Part shown: piece after piece, positions 1 through 9,697 of the stretch
Layout: every line of letters begins with the position of its first letter
Position numbering within the stretch: position 1 is the stretch's first letter
Position numbers and translations under genes: made by a program
NCBI GenBank assembly: GCA_965204755.1
Contig: OZ242011.1
Coordinates: forward strand, 416,001-480,000
Source: Candidatus Marinacidobacterium sp.
Lineage (GTDB): Bacteria; Acidobacteriota; Vicinamibacteria; Marinacidobacterales; Marinacidobacteraceae
DNA: 64,000 bases
Direction of reading: 5' to 3'
Notes under the pieces: generated by a model
Told to the model about the DNA's origin: nothing
Databases searched by the model: none
Seen by the model: only the letters and a program-made list of their open reading frames with translations

Positions 1-2
1 TC

Positions 3-875
3 GCCGCGGTTCCGGCCGCGGGCGCGCAGCCGGACCGAGCGGCCGACGACGGGGCGAAGAACCGGCAGGCGAAGAACCGGCAGGCGAAGAACTGGGAAGT
101 CCAGGTCTTCGCCAGCCCGGGCTGGAACGCGCTCCGAACCTCGGCGGAAGACGGCTTCGCGCTGAACCTCGGCCCGGCGGCGGTTTCCCCGACCCGGATC
201 AGCGGTTCCCGGCTGTCCTCGGACTTCGGCTGGGGCGCCGGCGCGCGGCTCTCCCGAGGCGACTGGGGCGTGGAAGCGGCCTACCGCCGCCTCCGGAGCC
301 AGGACCTGACGCCGGGCCACCTCCTCGTGGACACCGGCGCCTACGACGGCCTCCTCGAAGCGGTCACCGCCGACGACGCCGGGGGCTCGTTCACGACGCC
401 GGCGGCGCCGGATGCGGGCATCACCGAGGCGGCGGCGCCCCACGCGAACGGCAACCTGTTCTTCGGGCAGGTGTTCCGCAGCGTGCGCCTCGGGCGGGGA
501 ACCTCCCTCTCGATCGGTCTCGGCGGCGGGTACCTGCGCGTCAGGGACGAGTTCACCGACGACCTCGTCGCGCGCGACTGGGGCTCGCTCCCGCTCCCGG
601 ACGGCCTGTCCGACTTCTTCGACATCGAGACCGGCTTCCAGGCCACCCGGGACAGTTTCGTGTACGGCGGATCACTGGCGCTCACCAAGGAGATGGGCCG
701 GTTCCTCGTTCGACCGCGCCTCGATGTCATGGTCCCGACGCGGCGGTTCACCACGGGCTTCGACTACGCGATGACCATCACCGACGACGCCGCCCGGGAA
801 CTCGCCGGCGAAGTCACCACGAGCCTCCGACCGGTCCTCTTCCTCGCATCCCTCGAAATCGGACTCCGCCACTGA
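3..875 (+). CDS. Uncharacterised outer-membrane beta-barrel-like protein, 5'-truncated by the window edge; paralog of 29902-30774 and 30878-31738
   Basis: The frame is open from the window start (AAVPAAGAQP...WEVQVFASPGWNALRTSAED). It shares GWNxLxxSAED, WGVEAAYR, DLTP, RPRLDV and C-terminal LEIGLR motifs with the two paralogs and has amphipathic strands. Confidence 0.7.
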   Translation, partial: AAVPAAGAQPDRAADDGAKNRQAKNRQAKNWEVQVFASPGWNALRTSAEDGFALNLGPAAVSPTRISGSRLSSDFGWGAGARLSRGDWGVEAAYRRLRSQDLTPGHLLVDTGAYDGLLEAVTADDAGGSFTTPAAPDAGITEAAAPHANGNLFFGQVFRSVRLGRGTSLSIGLGGGYLRVRDEFTDDLVARDWGSLPLPDGLSDFFDIETGFQATRDSFVYGGSLALTKEMGRFLVRPRLDVMVPTRRFTTGFDYAMTITDDAARELAGEVTTSLRPVLFLASLEIGLRH

Positions 876-882
876 CCTGACC

Positions 883-909
883 GCGGGGAGGGCGCCCACC
901 CCTCCCCGC
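883..909. terminator. GC-rich hairpin between convergent genes
   Basis: Perfect 10-bp stem GCGGGGAGGG-N7-CCCTCCCCGC just after the stop at 875; no U-tract. Confidence 0.35.
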
Positions 910-967
910 ACTCCCTCCCGGCCCGCTCGCCGGGCCGGGGAACGACGGAGCCGGCCGCCGCCGACGC

Positions 968-2107
968 TCAGCCGACCGGTGCCGCTTCCCGCGCGAGGAC
1001 GCGCTCGTAGAGCGACTCGTATCTCGGCAGCACCGCCTCGCGGGCGAACAGCCGCTTCGCCCGCTCCCTCCCGGCGCGGCCCATCGCGCGGCGCCGCTCC
1101 TCGTCGCGCAGCAGGGCCGCGGAAGCCCGGGCCATCGCGGCGACTTCGCCGACCGGGAACAGGAAGCCGGAGACGCCATCCTCCACCACTTCCGGCAGAC
1201 CGCCGATCGTCGTGGCGACGACCGGCACCCGGGCCACCATCGCCTCGAGCGCGGTCAGCCCGAAACTCTCCTGCTCGCTGGGCAGGAGCAGCAGGTCGGC
1301 GCAACCGAGCGGCCCCTGGATGTCGTCCTGCTGGCCGAGGAAGATCACATCCTCGCCGAGTTCGAGTTCGCGCACGAGTTGCTGGGCGAACAGCCGCTCC
1401 GGGCCTTCCCCGATCAGGACCAGTTTCGCCGGCGTCCCGGCCCGCACCGAGGCGAAGATCCGCACCACATCGCTGATCCGCTTGACCGGGCGGAAGTTGG
1501 AAGCGTGCATCAGGATGGGCTCGCCGTTCGGCGCCCAGGCGTCCCGGGCGCACCGTTCGGGCCCCGGCGGCGGCAGGTCGGTGTTCACGAAGTTGGGGAT
1601 GACCTCGATCGGCAACTCCGGGGTGAAGTCGCGCCGGGTGCGCTCCGCGAGGTAGGAAGACACCGCCGTAACCGCGTCGGAGCGCTCGAGGACGAAGCGG
1701 ATCACCCGGTCGAAGGACTTGTCCGCGCCCACCAGGGTGATGTCGGTGCCGTGGAGGGTGGTCACCAGCCGCGTCCGTCCGCCGCCGATGATTTCGCAGG
1801 CCAGGAAGCCGCTCACCGCGTTCGGCACCGCGTAGTGGGCGTGGATCAGGTCGAGCCCGCCCTCGTTCGCCACCTCGGCCAGTTTCGTGGCGAGACCCAG
1901 GGTGTACGGCGGGTAGCGGAACAGCGGATACGAGGCGATCTCCACCTCGTGCAGGCGGATTCCCGGATGGAACCGCTGCAGCCGGAACGGCACCGCGTAA
2001 CTCACCACATGGACATCGTGGCCGCCCTCCGCCAGCCCCACGGCGAGTTCCGAGGCCACGACCCCGCTGCCGCCGTGCGTGGGGTAACAGACGATGGCGA
2101 TCCGCAA
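968..2107 (-). CDS. bshA: N-acetyl-alpha-D-glucosaminyl L-malate synthase (GT4, bacillithiol synthesis)
   Basis: LRIAIVCYPTHGGSG start (TTG at 2107), HAHYAVP, TTLHGTDITLVG, SNFRPVKR, ESFGL motifs. Confidence 0.9.
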   Translation of the reverse strand: MRIAIVCYPTHGGSGVVASELAVGLAEGGHDVHVVSYAVPFRLQRFHPGIRLHEVEIASYPLFRYPPYTLGLATKLAEVANEGGLDLIHAHYAVPNAVSGFLACEIIGGGRTRLVTTLHGTDITLVGADKSFDRVIRFVLERSDAVTAVSSYLAERTRRDFTPELPIEVIPNFVNTDLPPPGPERCARDAWAPNGEPILMHASNFRPVKRISDVVRIFASVRAGTPAKLVLIGEGPERLFAQQLVRELELGEDVIFLGQQDDIQGPLGCADLLLLPSEQESFGLTALEAMVARVPVVATTIGGLPEVVEDGVSGFLFPVGEVAAMARASAALLRDEERRRAMGRAGRERAKRLFAREAVLPRYESLYERVLAREAAPVG

Positions 2108-2530
2108 GACGAGGAGGGGGCGCGGCGGGCGGCGGGCCGCCGCCGGGCGGTGAGGGTAACCGGCGGGCGGGCCCGCCGGCCCGGAGGGGACCGCCCGCGC
2201 CGGCCCGGCGAGGCGCTCCGAAGAACGGCCCGGCCGGCCTTCGGTCGGCGCCCCGCCGCGCAGCGGCGTCCGGCCCCGCGAGGCGCCGGGCGTCGGCCCG
2301 GACCCGGCGGCGCGGCACGGCCGGGCGGGGTCGTCGTTGCGCTCGGCCCGGCGTTTTTGCGAGAATCCCGCCTCCGGGGAGGCGGCGCCTCCTTCGGCGG
2401 CAGGGGCCGGGAGAGGCATCCCGCCGGAAAGTTCCCGCGGGCGCTTTCCGGGCGCGCCGGGCAGACCGGCGCGGCGGTCCCTCTTGCCGGTGAGGACGAG
2501 AACCTCCGAGAACCGCCCCCGGAGAATTCC

Positions 2531-2971
2531 ATGGAAGACTCACTGCTCAAGATCAGCCATCGGCCGGCCACCAGCGTGGCGCCCGGCGAGACGATCTGCG
2601 ACGCCGTGGAGGTCATGGTGGACGCCGGAGTCGGCGCGGTCGCCGTGCTGCAGCCGGACGGCTCGCTGGCCGGGATGTTCACCGAGCGCGACCTCATGAC
2701 CCGGGTCGTGGCCCGGCACAAGGATCCGGAGACCACGACCGTGCAGGAGGCGATGACCAAGGACCCGGTCACCGTGCCCGAATCCACGCCCCTCGAACAG
2801 GCGCTGGAGATCATGGTGACCAACGACTTCCGGCATCTCCCCATCATGGACGGCGACCGGGTCCTCGGCATCGCCTCCGTGCGCCGCGTCCTGAAACACA
2901 AACTCGACGAGGAAAAAGAAGAACTCGAAGCCGTCGTCAGTTTCTTCAGTGCCGACGGCATCGGCGGCTGA
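2531..2971 (+). CDS. CBS domain pair protein
   Basis: ATG at 2531 after GGAGA; GMFTERDL and FRHLPI CBS motifs. Confidence 0.85.
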   Translation: MEDSLLKISHRPATSVAPGETICDAVEVMVDAGVGAVAVLQPDGSLAGMFTERDLMTRVVARHKDPETTTVQEAMTKDPVTVPESTPLEQALEIMVTNDFRHLPIMDGDRVLGIASVRRVLKHKLDEEKEELEAVVSFFSADGIGG

Positions 2972-5900
2972 CCCCGCCGGCGGCCGGCGTCCCCGCCGCC
3001 GCCGAACGGCGCGGCTCGCCGCGCTCCTCCTCGCCCTCGCGGCCCCGCTCCCGCTCGGCGGAGCGCCCTCCCCGGCCCCCGCCGAGGAGAAGTTCGCCGC
3101 CCTGCGCTGGCGCCACATCGGCCCGGTGGGGAACCGCGTCTCCGCCGTCCACGGCGTCCCCGGCGACCCGAACACCTACTACTTCGGCGCCGCCTCCGGA
3201 GGGGTCTTCCGCAGCCGGGACGGCGGCGTCCGCTGGACCCCGGTCTTCGACGACCAGCCGGTGCTCTCGATCGGCGCCCTCGCCGTCTCCGCCGCCGACC
3301 CGCAGGTCGTCTGGGCGGGCACGGGCGAGGCCCACATCCGCAGCAATGTCTCGCTGGGCAACGGGGTGTACCGCTCCACGGACGGCGGCGACACCTGGAC
3401 CCACGCCGGGCTCGAGGCCACCGGGCGCATCTCCCGGATCGCGACGCACCCCGACGACCCGGACACCGCCTGGGTGGCGGCGCTCGGCCACCTCTACGGC
3501 CCGCAGCCGGAGCGCGGCGTCTTCCGCACCGAGGACGGCGGCGCCTCCTGGGAGCGCGTCCTCTTCGTGGACGAACACACCGGCGCCTCCGAGATCGTGG
3601 TCAGCCCGGCCAACCCGCGGCTCCTGTTCGCCGGGATGTGGCAGATGCGGATGTGGACCTGGGGCCGGGAGAGCGGCGGCCCGGGCAGCGGCATCTTCGT
3701 GAGCCGCGACTCCGGGGACACCTGGGAGCGCCTCGCGGGAAACGGCCTCCCCGCCCCGCCTTGGGGGAAGGTCGCGCTGGCCATGACCCCGGCCGACCCC
3801 CGCCGGCTCTACGCGCTCATCGAAACGAGTTCCAACGAGGACTTCGCCCCGCTCGACGAACAGGACGGCGTGCTCTGGCGCTCGGACGACGCCGGCGCGA
3901 CTTGGGACTTGGTGAGCCGCGACCACACGCTGATGCAGCGGCCGCACTACTACACCCGGGTCGTCGCGGCCCCGGACGACGCGGACGAAGCGCACTTCCT
4001 GGCCACGCGCCACACGACCACCCTGGACGGCGGCCTCACCACCTTCCTGAACGACTCCGGCGGCGACCACCACGACATGTGGATCGCCCCCGACCGGCCC
4101 GACCGGATGATCGTCGGACACGACGGCGGCGTCAGCATCTCCACGAACCGGGGAGAGACCTGGCTCCGCCCCAGGCTCCCGATCGCCCAGATGTACCATG
4201 TGTACGCCGACGACCGCATCCCCTATTCGGTCATGGGAAACCGTCAGGACGGCCCCTCGTCGCGCGGGCCGTCCAACAGCCTGACCGGCGGCCCGATCCC
4301 CGTCGGGGAGTGGCGCGCGGTCGGCGGCTGCGAATCGGGCTTCGCCATCCCCGACCCGAGCGACGCCGGCGTCATCTGGTCGGGCTGCTACGAAGGCATC
4401 CTCGAGAGGTTCGACGAGCGGACCGGCCAAGCGCGGAATGTGAGCGTCTGGCCGGACAACCCGGAGGGGTGGGCGGCGGCGGAACTCCGCGACCGGTTCC
4501 AGTGGACCTTCCCGGTGCACATCTCGCCGCATGACTCCGACCGGGTGTACGCCGGCAGCCAGCGGGTGCACCGCACCACGAACGGCGGCCAGAGTTGGGA
4601 GGCGATCAGCCCCGACCTGACCGACGACGACCCGGCGCTCCAGCAGAAGACCGGCGGCCTCACCTTCGACGATGTGAGCCCGACCTACGCCGCGGTCCTG
4701 TTCTCGATCGCCGAGTCGCCGCACACCGCCGGCGTCCTCTGGGCCGGCAGCAACGACGGGAAACTCCATGTCTCGCGAGACGACGGAGCGACTTGGACCG
4801 ATGTCTCCGACCGCCTGCCCGGCCTGCCCCCGCTCGGGACCTTCAGCAACATCGAACCCTCGCGCCGCGCCGCCGGAACCGCCTATGTGACCGTGGACCT
4901 CCACCAGGTCGGCGACACGACGACCTACGCCTACCGGACCACCGACTTCGGGGCGAGTTGGCGCCGGCTCGGCGAAGACCTGCCGAAGACCACCCACGGC
5001 TACGCCCACACCATCCGCGAAGACCCCGCCCGGCCGGGCCTCCTCTACCTCGGCACGGAGAACGCCGTCCGGGTCTCCTTCGACGACGGCGCGACTTTCG
5101 AGTCGCTGCAGTCCAACCTGCCCCACGCCCCGGTCCACTGGTTGACCGTGCAGGAGCGCTTCTCCGACCTGGTCGCCGCGACCTACGGCCGGGGCTTCTG
5201 GATCCTCGACGACCTGACCCCGCTCCGGGAGTGGGGCGAAGAGGTGGAGAGCGCCGACATCCACCTCTTCCAGCCCCGCGAGGCCTGGCGGTTCCGGATG
5301 CGGCAGGCGGCGATGTCCCAGCCCGAGGACCCCGGCGCCGGCGAGAACCCGCCCTACGGCGCCGCGCTCCACTACCGGCTGGGCGAGGCCCGGCCCGGCG
5401 GCGTCTCGCTGACGATCCTGGACAGCGAAGGCAACACCGTCCGCGCGCTCTCCGGCAGCGGCGAGGCCGGCCTCCACCGGGTGCATTGGGACCTGCGGAA
5501 CGAGCCCACCCGCCGCCCCCGGCTCCGGACGCCGCCGCTCGGCAGCAGGGAAGTCATCCTCCCGGCGCGCGGCTTCCGGCTGCTCACCGAGTCCCGCCCG
5601 GTCGCCACGCTGATGCCGCCGGGCCGCTACACCGTCCGGCTCACCGCCGGCGAAGTGACCGAGGAGCGGCCCCTCGAAGTGCGGGCCGACCCCGACTCGC
5701 CCGCCGGAGGCGCCGAGATCGCCGGCCAGGTCGAAGTCCTGCTACGGATCCAGGAGATGGTCACCCGGGTCGGGGAGATGATCGAGGAGATCGAGTGGCT
5801 GCGCCGCCAGACGGCGGAACGCCGGGCGGTCGGCGCGGCGCGGGTCTCCGCCGTGGAGACCGCCGCCGAAGAGTACGAGAGCGCGCTCCGGGAACTCGAA

Positions 5901-6194
5901 GCGCGGTTCTTCGAGTTGCGCCTCACCGGCGGGAACGCCGGACAGGACACGCTGAGATGGCCCCGCCGCCTCCACGCCAAACTGTCGAGCCTCCACGGGT
6001 ACATCGGCGGCAGCGACCACCGCCCGACCGACCAGCACCTCGAAGTGCTGGCGCTCTACGAAGCGGAACTCGCCGAAACCGAAGCGATGCTCGCCCGCCT
6101 CGCCGGCGACGAACTGGCCGCGTTCAACCAGCAACTCGCCGAATCCGACCTCCCCCCGGTCGTCCGAACCTCCACCGAAGAACCCCCGCGCTGA
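2949..6194 (+). CDS. Secreted VPS10/BNR-repeat beta-propeller (sialidase/glycosyl-hydrolase-like) protein
   Basis: Signal peptide, WRHIGP..NRVSAV, many SxDGGxTW Asp-box repeats, C-terminal coiled region. Start codon approximate. Confidence 0.85.
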   Translation: MPTASAADPAGGRRPRRRRTARLAALLLALAAPLPLGGAPSPAPAEEKFAALRWRHIGPVGNRVSAVHGVPGDPNTYYFGAASGGVFRSRDGGVRWTPVFDDQPVLSIGALAVSAADPQVVWAGTGEAHIRSNVSLGNGVYRSTDGGDTWTHAGLEATGRISRIATHPDDPDTAWVAALGHLYGPQPERGVFRTEDGGASWERVLFVDEHTGASEIVVSPANPRLLFAGMWQMRMWTWGRESGGPGSGIFVSRDSGDTWERLAGNGLPAPPWGKVALAMTPADPRRLYALIETSSNEDFAPLDEQDGVLWRSDDAGATWDLVSRDHTLMQRPHYYTRVVAAPDDADEAHFLATRHTTTLDGGLTTFLNDSGGDHHDMWIAPDRPDRMIVGHDGGVSISTNRGETWLRPRLPIAQMYHVYADDRIPYSVMGNRQDGPSSRGPSNSLTGGPIPVGEWRAVGGCESGFAIPDPSDAGVIWSGCYEGILERFDERTGQARNVSVWPDNPEGWAAAELRDRFQWTFPVHISPHDSDRVYAGSQRVHRTTNGGQSWEAISPDLTDDDPALQQKTGGLTFDDVSPTYAAVLFSIAESPHTAGVLWAGSNDGKLHVSRDDGATWTDVSDRLPGLPPLGTFSNIEPSRRAAGTAYVTVDLHQVGDTTTYAYRTTDFGASWRRLGEDLPKTTHGYAHTIREDPARPGLLYLGTENAVRVSFDDGATFESLQSNLPHAPVHWLTVQERFSDLVAATYGRGFWILDDLTPLREWGEEVESADIHLFQPREAWRFRMRQAAMSQPEDPGAGENPPYGAALHYRLGEARPGGVSLTILDSEGNTVRALSGSGEAGLHRVHWDLRNEPTRRPRLRTPPLGSREVILPARGFRLLTESRPVATLMPPGRYTVRLTAGEVTEERPLEVRADPDSPAGGAEIAGQVEVLLRIQEMVTRVGEMIEEIEWLRRQTAERRAVGAARVSAVETAAEEYESALRELEARFFELRLTGGNAGQDTLRWPRRLHAKLSSLHGYIGGSDHRPTDQHLEVLALYEAELAETEAMLARLAGDELAAFNQQLAESDLPPVVRTSTEEPPR

Positions 6195-6292
6195 CCGGCC
6201 CGGCCGCTCGCGCGGCGACCGGACACGATGCGGACGCCGAACTACGCCCCGTCCACGAAATCGGGACAGCCTCACCTTCGCGGAGAAGGCGC

Positions 6293-6775
6293 ATGCGAAC
6301 AATCGAGATCCGGGAGTCCACCTACGAACGCCTCCAAAAACACGGGAAGCCGTTCGAAGACACGCCGGAGGCGGTGATCAACCGGGCGTTGGACGCGCTC
6401 GAGGAGCCGACGCCGACCCCGGACGAACCGGTCAGCGTCAGCGAGGAGCGCGTGTTCGGGCCTGCAGATCTGCCCGAAGTGATGCACACGGCGGTAACGG
6501 AGGCCGTCATCGACGGCCGGCGCATTCCCTCGCCCAACTGGCAGGTGCTCGCCAGAGAGATGTTGCTCCTCGCGGCGGGCCGCGCGAGCGGCCCCGACGA
6601 ACTCCGGAAGATGTGGCGACTGAACTCGGTCGAAGGCCGGAGGACCGACAGCGGCTACACCCACCTCCCCGGCGTCGATCTCTCGCTGCAGGCGACGGGC
6701 GCCGACACGGCGGCAGGCGCGCTGGTCGAGGCGGCGCAGTACTGGGGCATCGGCCTCGAAATCCGCTTCCGGTAG
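6293..6775 (+). CDS. Small protein resembling the 'SepA-like' family (N-terminal ribbon-helix-helix-like segment); probably truncated by a TGG->TAG change
   Basis: MRTIEIRESTYERLQKHGKPFEDTPEAVINRALDALE start. The frame continues after TAG 6773-6775 as RNKKAAAHPGEHG to a stop at 6853. Confidence 0.55.
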   Translation: MRTIEIRESTYERLQKHGKPFEDTPEAVINRALDALEEPTPTPDEPVSVSEERVFGPADLPEVMHTAVTEAVIDGRRIPSPNWQVLAREMLLLAAGRASGPDELRKMWRLNSVEGRRTDSGYTHLPGVDLSLQATGADTAAGALVEAAQYWGIGLEIRFR

Positions 6776-6940
6776 CGAAACAAGAAGGCGGCCGCACACC
6801 CCGGGGAGCACGGCTGTATCCGGGTGGCCCGCGCGGGAATCACCGCGCGGTAGGAGCGACGGACGCCGAACCGGGCAGTCCGTCAGCGGCAAGCGGATCC
6901 GGGGGAGCGCCGCGCGGCGGCGCCGGCCCGGCGGGCGGGG

Positions 6941-8833
6941 TCAGCCGGAGAGGCGTTCGGCGAGGAGGCCGCGGGCGATGAGGGTGAAGTCGTGTTCGGT
7001 GACGATGCCGACCAGGCGGCCGTCTTCCACCACCGGGAGGGCGCCGACGCCTCGGTCGTTCATCAACTGGATGGCGTCCACCGAGAGGGTGGACGGGGCG
7101 ATCGTGACGACATCGGTCTTCATCGCTTCGCGGACGGAGAGCAACTCGTCTTCCTCGAGGCCGCTCTCCGCCACCAACTTGATGATCGTGCGGTAGGAGA
7201 TCAGGCCGACCAGGCGGTCGTCCTCCTCCACCGGGATGTGGCGGATGCGGCCCCAGTCCATGAGGATCGCCGCCCGGCGCACCGACTCGTCGGGATGGAC
7301 GGTGCGGAGGTCGGTGGTCATGAACTGCTCCACCCGCAGGTAGTGGTGCTTCCAGCCGCCGGAGTCGCCGACCACCGGGAGGTCCCACTGCGCCACCGGG
7401 ACGCCTTCCCCCTGCTGCCGCCGCGCGGCGCCGGTGATCGCGCTCAACCGCTCGGACGCGGAGGCCTGGTTCGAGAGCGCCGAGAAACCGTCCAGCATCC
7501 AGCGGGCGCCGCTCCGGCCGGTCTTCACCCGTTCCTCCACGATGCCGACATAGCGGTCCACATCGCCGGGGGCCACTTCCTTCCGGGCGAGCCCGTCCCG
7601 GACGCGCGGCAGCAGTTCCTCGGTCAGCAGTTCGCGCGCCCGCCAGTGCTTGCCGTCGAGCCAGGTCAACTCGGACATCAGGCCGAGGCGGCTCGCGGCC
7701 AGGAAGTTCTCGAGCACTTCGGGGAACGAGAGCGCTTCGGAAGGATCCACGCCGTCGCCGGAGAGCGAACTCAGCAGGCCGAGCCAGACGGCGGCGTTCG
7801 CCACTTCGTCCGGCAGCGTCGGCCCGGAGGGCAGGTAGCGCGACTCGATGCGCAGGTGGGGTTTCCCGTCGGTCGCCCCGTAGCAGGGCCGGTTCCACCG
7901 CCACACCGTCCCGTTGTGCAGGGTGAGCGCGGGAAGCCGCGGCGGGTCGGCCTCGTCTTCTTCTTCGTCGCCGGCGTCGAGGAGCACCGGGTGGTGCGAG
8001 ATGTTCTCCCGCAGCAACTCGATGATCCCGCCGCGCACCCAGTCCCGGCCGAACGAACCCCGCGCCGCCTGCTCCCGGGTGTTCGGGCGGAGGCTCCTCG
8101 TATCGATGCTCTGCTGGAAGAGGCCGATCCGGGTCTCCCGCCAGAGGCGTCGCCCGAACAGCAGCGGCGAGTTCGTGGAACACGCCAGCAGCGGCGCGGT
8201 GACCAACTGCGCCAGGTTGTAGATCCGGGAGAACTCCTCGGCCCCCACCTGCAGGTGGATCTGGAAACTGGCGTTCGCCGCCTCCAGCATCACATTCCCG
8301 TGGGTCGCGTGGATTTCGTCCGCGCCGGACAGGTGCAGGTGGTACGGCTCGCCGCCGCGCAGCCGCGCCAGGGCCTCGTTCAGCACCCGGTAGCGCGGCA
8401 GCGGCGTCATGTTCTCGAGGTTCAGGTCCGAGAGTTTCAGCGTCGGGAGGATCCCGGTGAGCAGCACATCGGCCCCCACCCGCCGCGCGGCGTCCGAAGC
8501 CCGGGTCATCACTTCCTCGAGGCTCGCCTCCATCCGCGACAGGAGGTCCCCCGACAGCGGCAGCGGGTCGAGGTTCGCCTCCAGGTTGAACCGGGCGATC
8601 TCGGTGGTGAACCGGGGGTCGTCCAGTTCGCGCAGCACTTCCATCGCCAGCGGCGCCGGACGGTGGGCGTCGCCGATCAGGAACATCTCCTGTTCGACGC
8701 CGACCCGGTACACCCCTTCCTCGATCCGCCCGTCGGCGATCATCCGGTTGAGCGTCCGGAGGTCGCGGAACAGGCGCTTCTCGAATCGGCGCAGTTCCTC
8801 GCCGGAGACGGCGCGGGTGTCCAGGCGGCCCAT
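6941..8833 (-). CDS. Glutamate-cysteine ligase family (GCS2) protein with C-terminal CBS pair
   Basis: GVEQEMFL, EIARFNLE, SFQIHLQV, TVWRWNRPCY, HLRIESRYLPSGPT, then CBS repeats (IRHIPV, GALPVV). Confidence 0.88.
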   Translation of the reverse strand: MGRLDTRAVSGEELRRFEKRLFRDLRTLNRMIADGRIEEGVYRVGVEQEMFLIGDAHRPAPLAMEVLRELDDPRFTTEIARFNLEANLDPLPLSGDLLSRMEASLEEVMTRASDAARRVGADVLLTGILPTLKLSDLNLENMTPLPRYRVLNEALARLRGGEPYHLHLSGADEIHATHGNVMLEAANASFQIHLQVGAEEFSRIYNLAQLVTAPLLACSTNSPLLFGRRLWRETRIGLFQQSIDTRSLRPNTREQAARGSFGRDWVRGGIIELLRENISHHPVLLDAGDEEEDEADPPRLPALTLHNGTVWRWNRPCYGATDGKPHLRIESRYLPSGPTLPDEVANAAVWLGLLSSLSGDGVDPSEALSFPEVLENFLAASRLGLMSELTWLDGKHWRARELLTEELLPRVRDGLARKEVAPGDVDRYVGIVEERVKTGRSGARWMLDGFSALSNQASASERLSAITGAARRQQGEGVPVAQWDLPVVGDSGGWKHHYLRVEQFMTTDLRTVHPDESVRRAAILMDWGRIRHIPVEEDDRLVGLISYRTIIKLVAESGLEEDELLSVREAMKTDVVTIAPSTLSVDAIQLMNDRGVGALPVVEDGRLVGIVTEHDFTLIARGLLAERLSG

Positions 8834-8900
8834 TTGCGGGCGGGATTCTAGGGGCGGGAGGGGAGGCGGGGGCGGCCCCCTCCCGGCGGCGACCGGGGGG

Positions 8901-9590
8901 TCAGGCCGAGGGCGGGGCGTCCACGATGCGGCCGTCGAACAGGTGGATCGTCCGGACGGCGCGGTCGGCGTAGCGGGGGTCGTGGGTGACCATGCAGATC
9001 GTCGCCCCGGCTTCGTGGAGCGAGTCCAGCATGTTCATCACCTCCGTCCCGTTCTTGGAGTCGAGGTTCCCGGTCGGCTCGTCCGCCAGCAGGATCGAGG
9101 GTTCGCCCACCACCGCGCGGGCCACCGCCACCCGCTGCTGCTGCCCGCCGGAGAGTTGCGACGGGTAGTGCTTCCTCCGGTGCGACATCCCCACCTTCTC
9201 CAGCGCCGCCAGCGCCCGCTCCTTCCGCTCCGCCCCGGCGGTCCCCCGGTACACCAGCGGGAGTTCCACATTCTCGTACACCGTCAGGTCGCCGATCAGG
9301 TTGAACGCCTGGAAGATGAACCCCACCTCCCGGTTGCGGATCCGGGCGCGCTCCGCGAGTCCCAGGTTCGCCACCGCCTTCCCGTTCAGCGTGTACTCGC
9401 CGGAGTTCGGCGTGTCCAGCAGGCCGAGGATCGAGAGCAGCGTGGACTTCCCGCAGCCGGACGGGCCGGCCACCGCCACATAGTCCCCCGGCTCGAAACT
9501 CAGGCTCACTTCGGAGAGGGCGTGGGTCTCCACCTCGTCCGTCGTGAAGATCTTGCTGATGTTCTGGAGTTGGATCACGGGTTCGGCCAT
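8901..9590 (-). CDS. ABC transporter ATP-binding protein (MacB/LolD-like)
   Basis: GPSGCGKS, LSGGQQQRVA, LLADEPTGNLD, VTHD. Confidence 0.93.
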   Translation of the reverse strand: MAEPVIQLQNISKIFTTDEVETHALSEVSLSFEPGDYVAVAGPSGCGKSTLLSILGLLDTPNSGEYTLNGKAVANLGLAERARIRNREVGFIFQAFNLIGDLTVYENVELPLVYRGTAGAERKERALAALEKVGMSHRRKHYPSQLSGGQQQRVAVARAVVGEPSILLADEPTGNLDSKNGTEVMNMLDSLHEAGATICMVTHDPRYADRAVRTIHLFDGRIVDAPPSA

Positions 9591-9697
9591 GGGGTTCTCC
9601 TTCCGGGGTTCTCCTCCGGCAGTGCGCCGGTCAGTACAACACGCCGCGCCGCATCCGGTTCCCCGGGGCCGCCCGGCGGGTCAGCGCGGCCTCCCGG

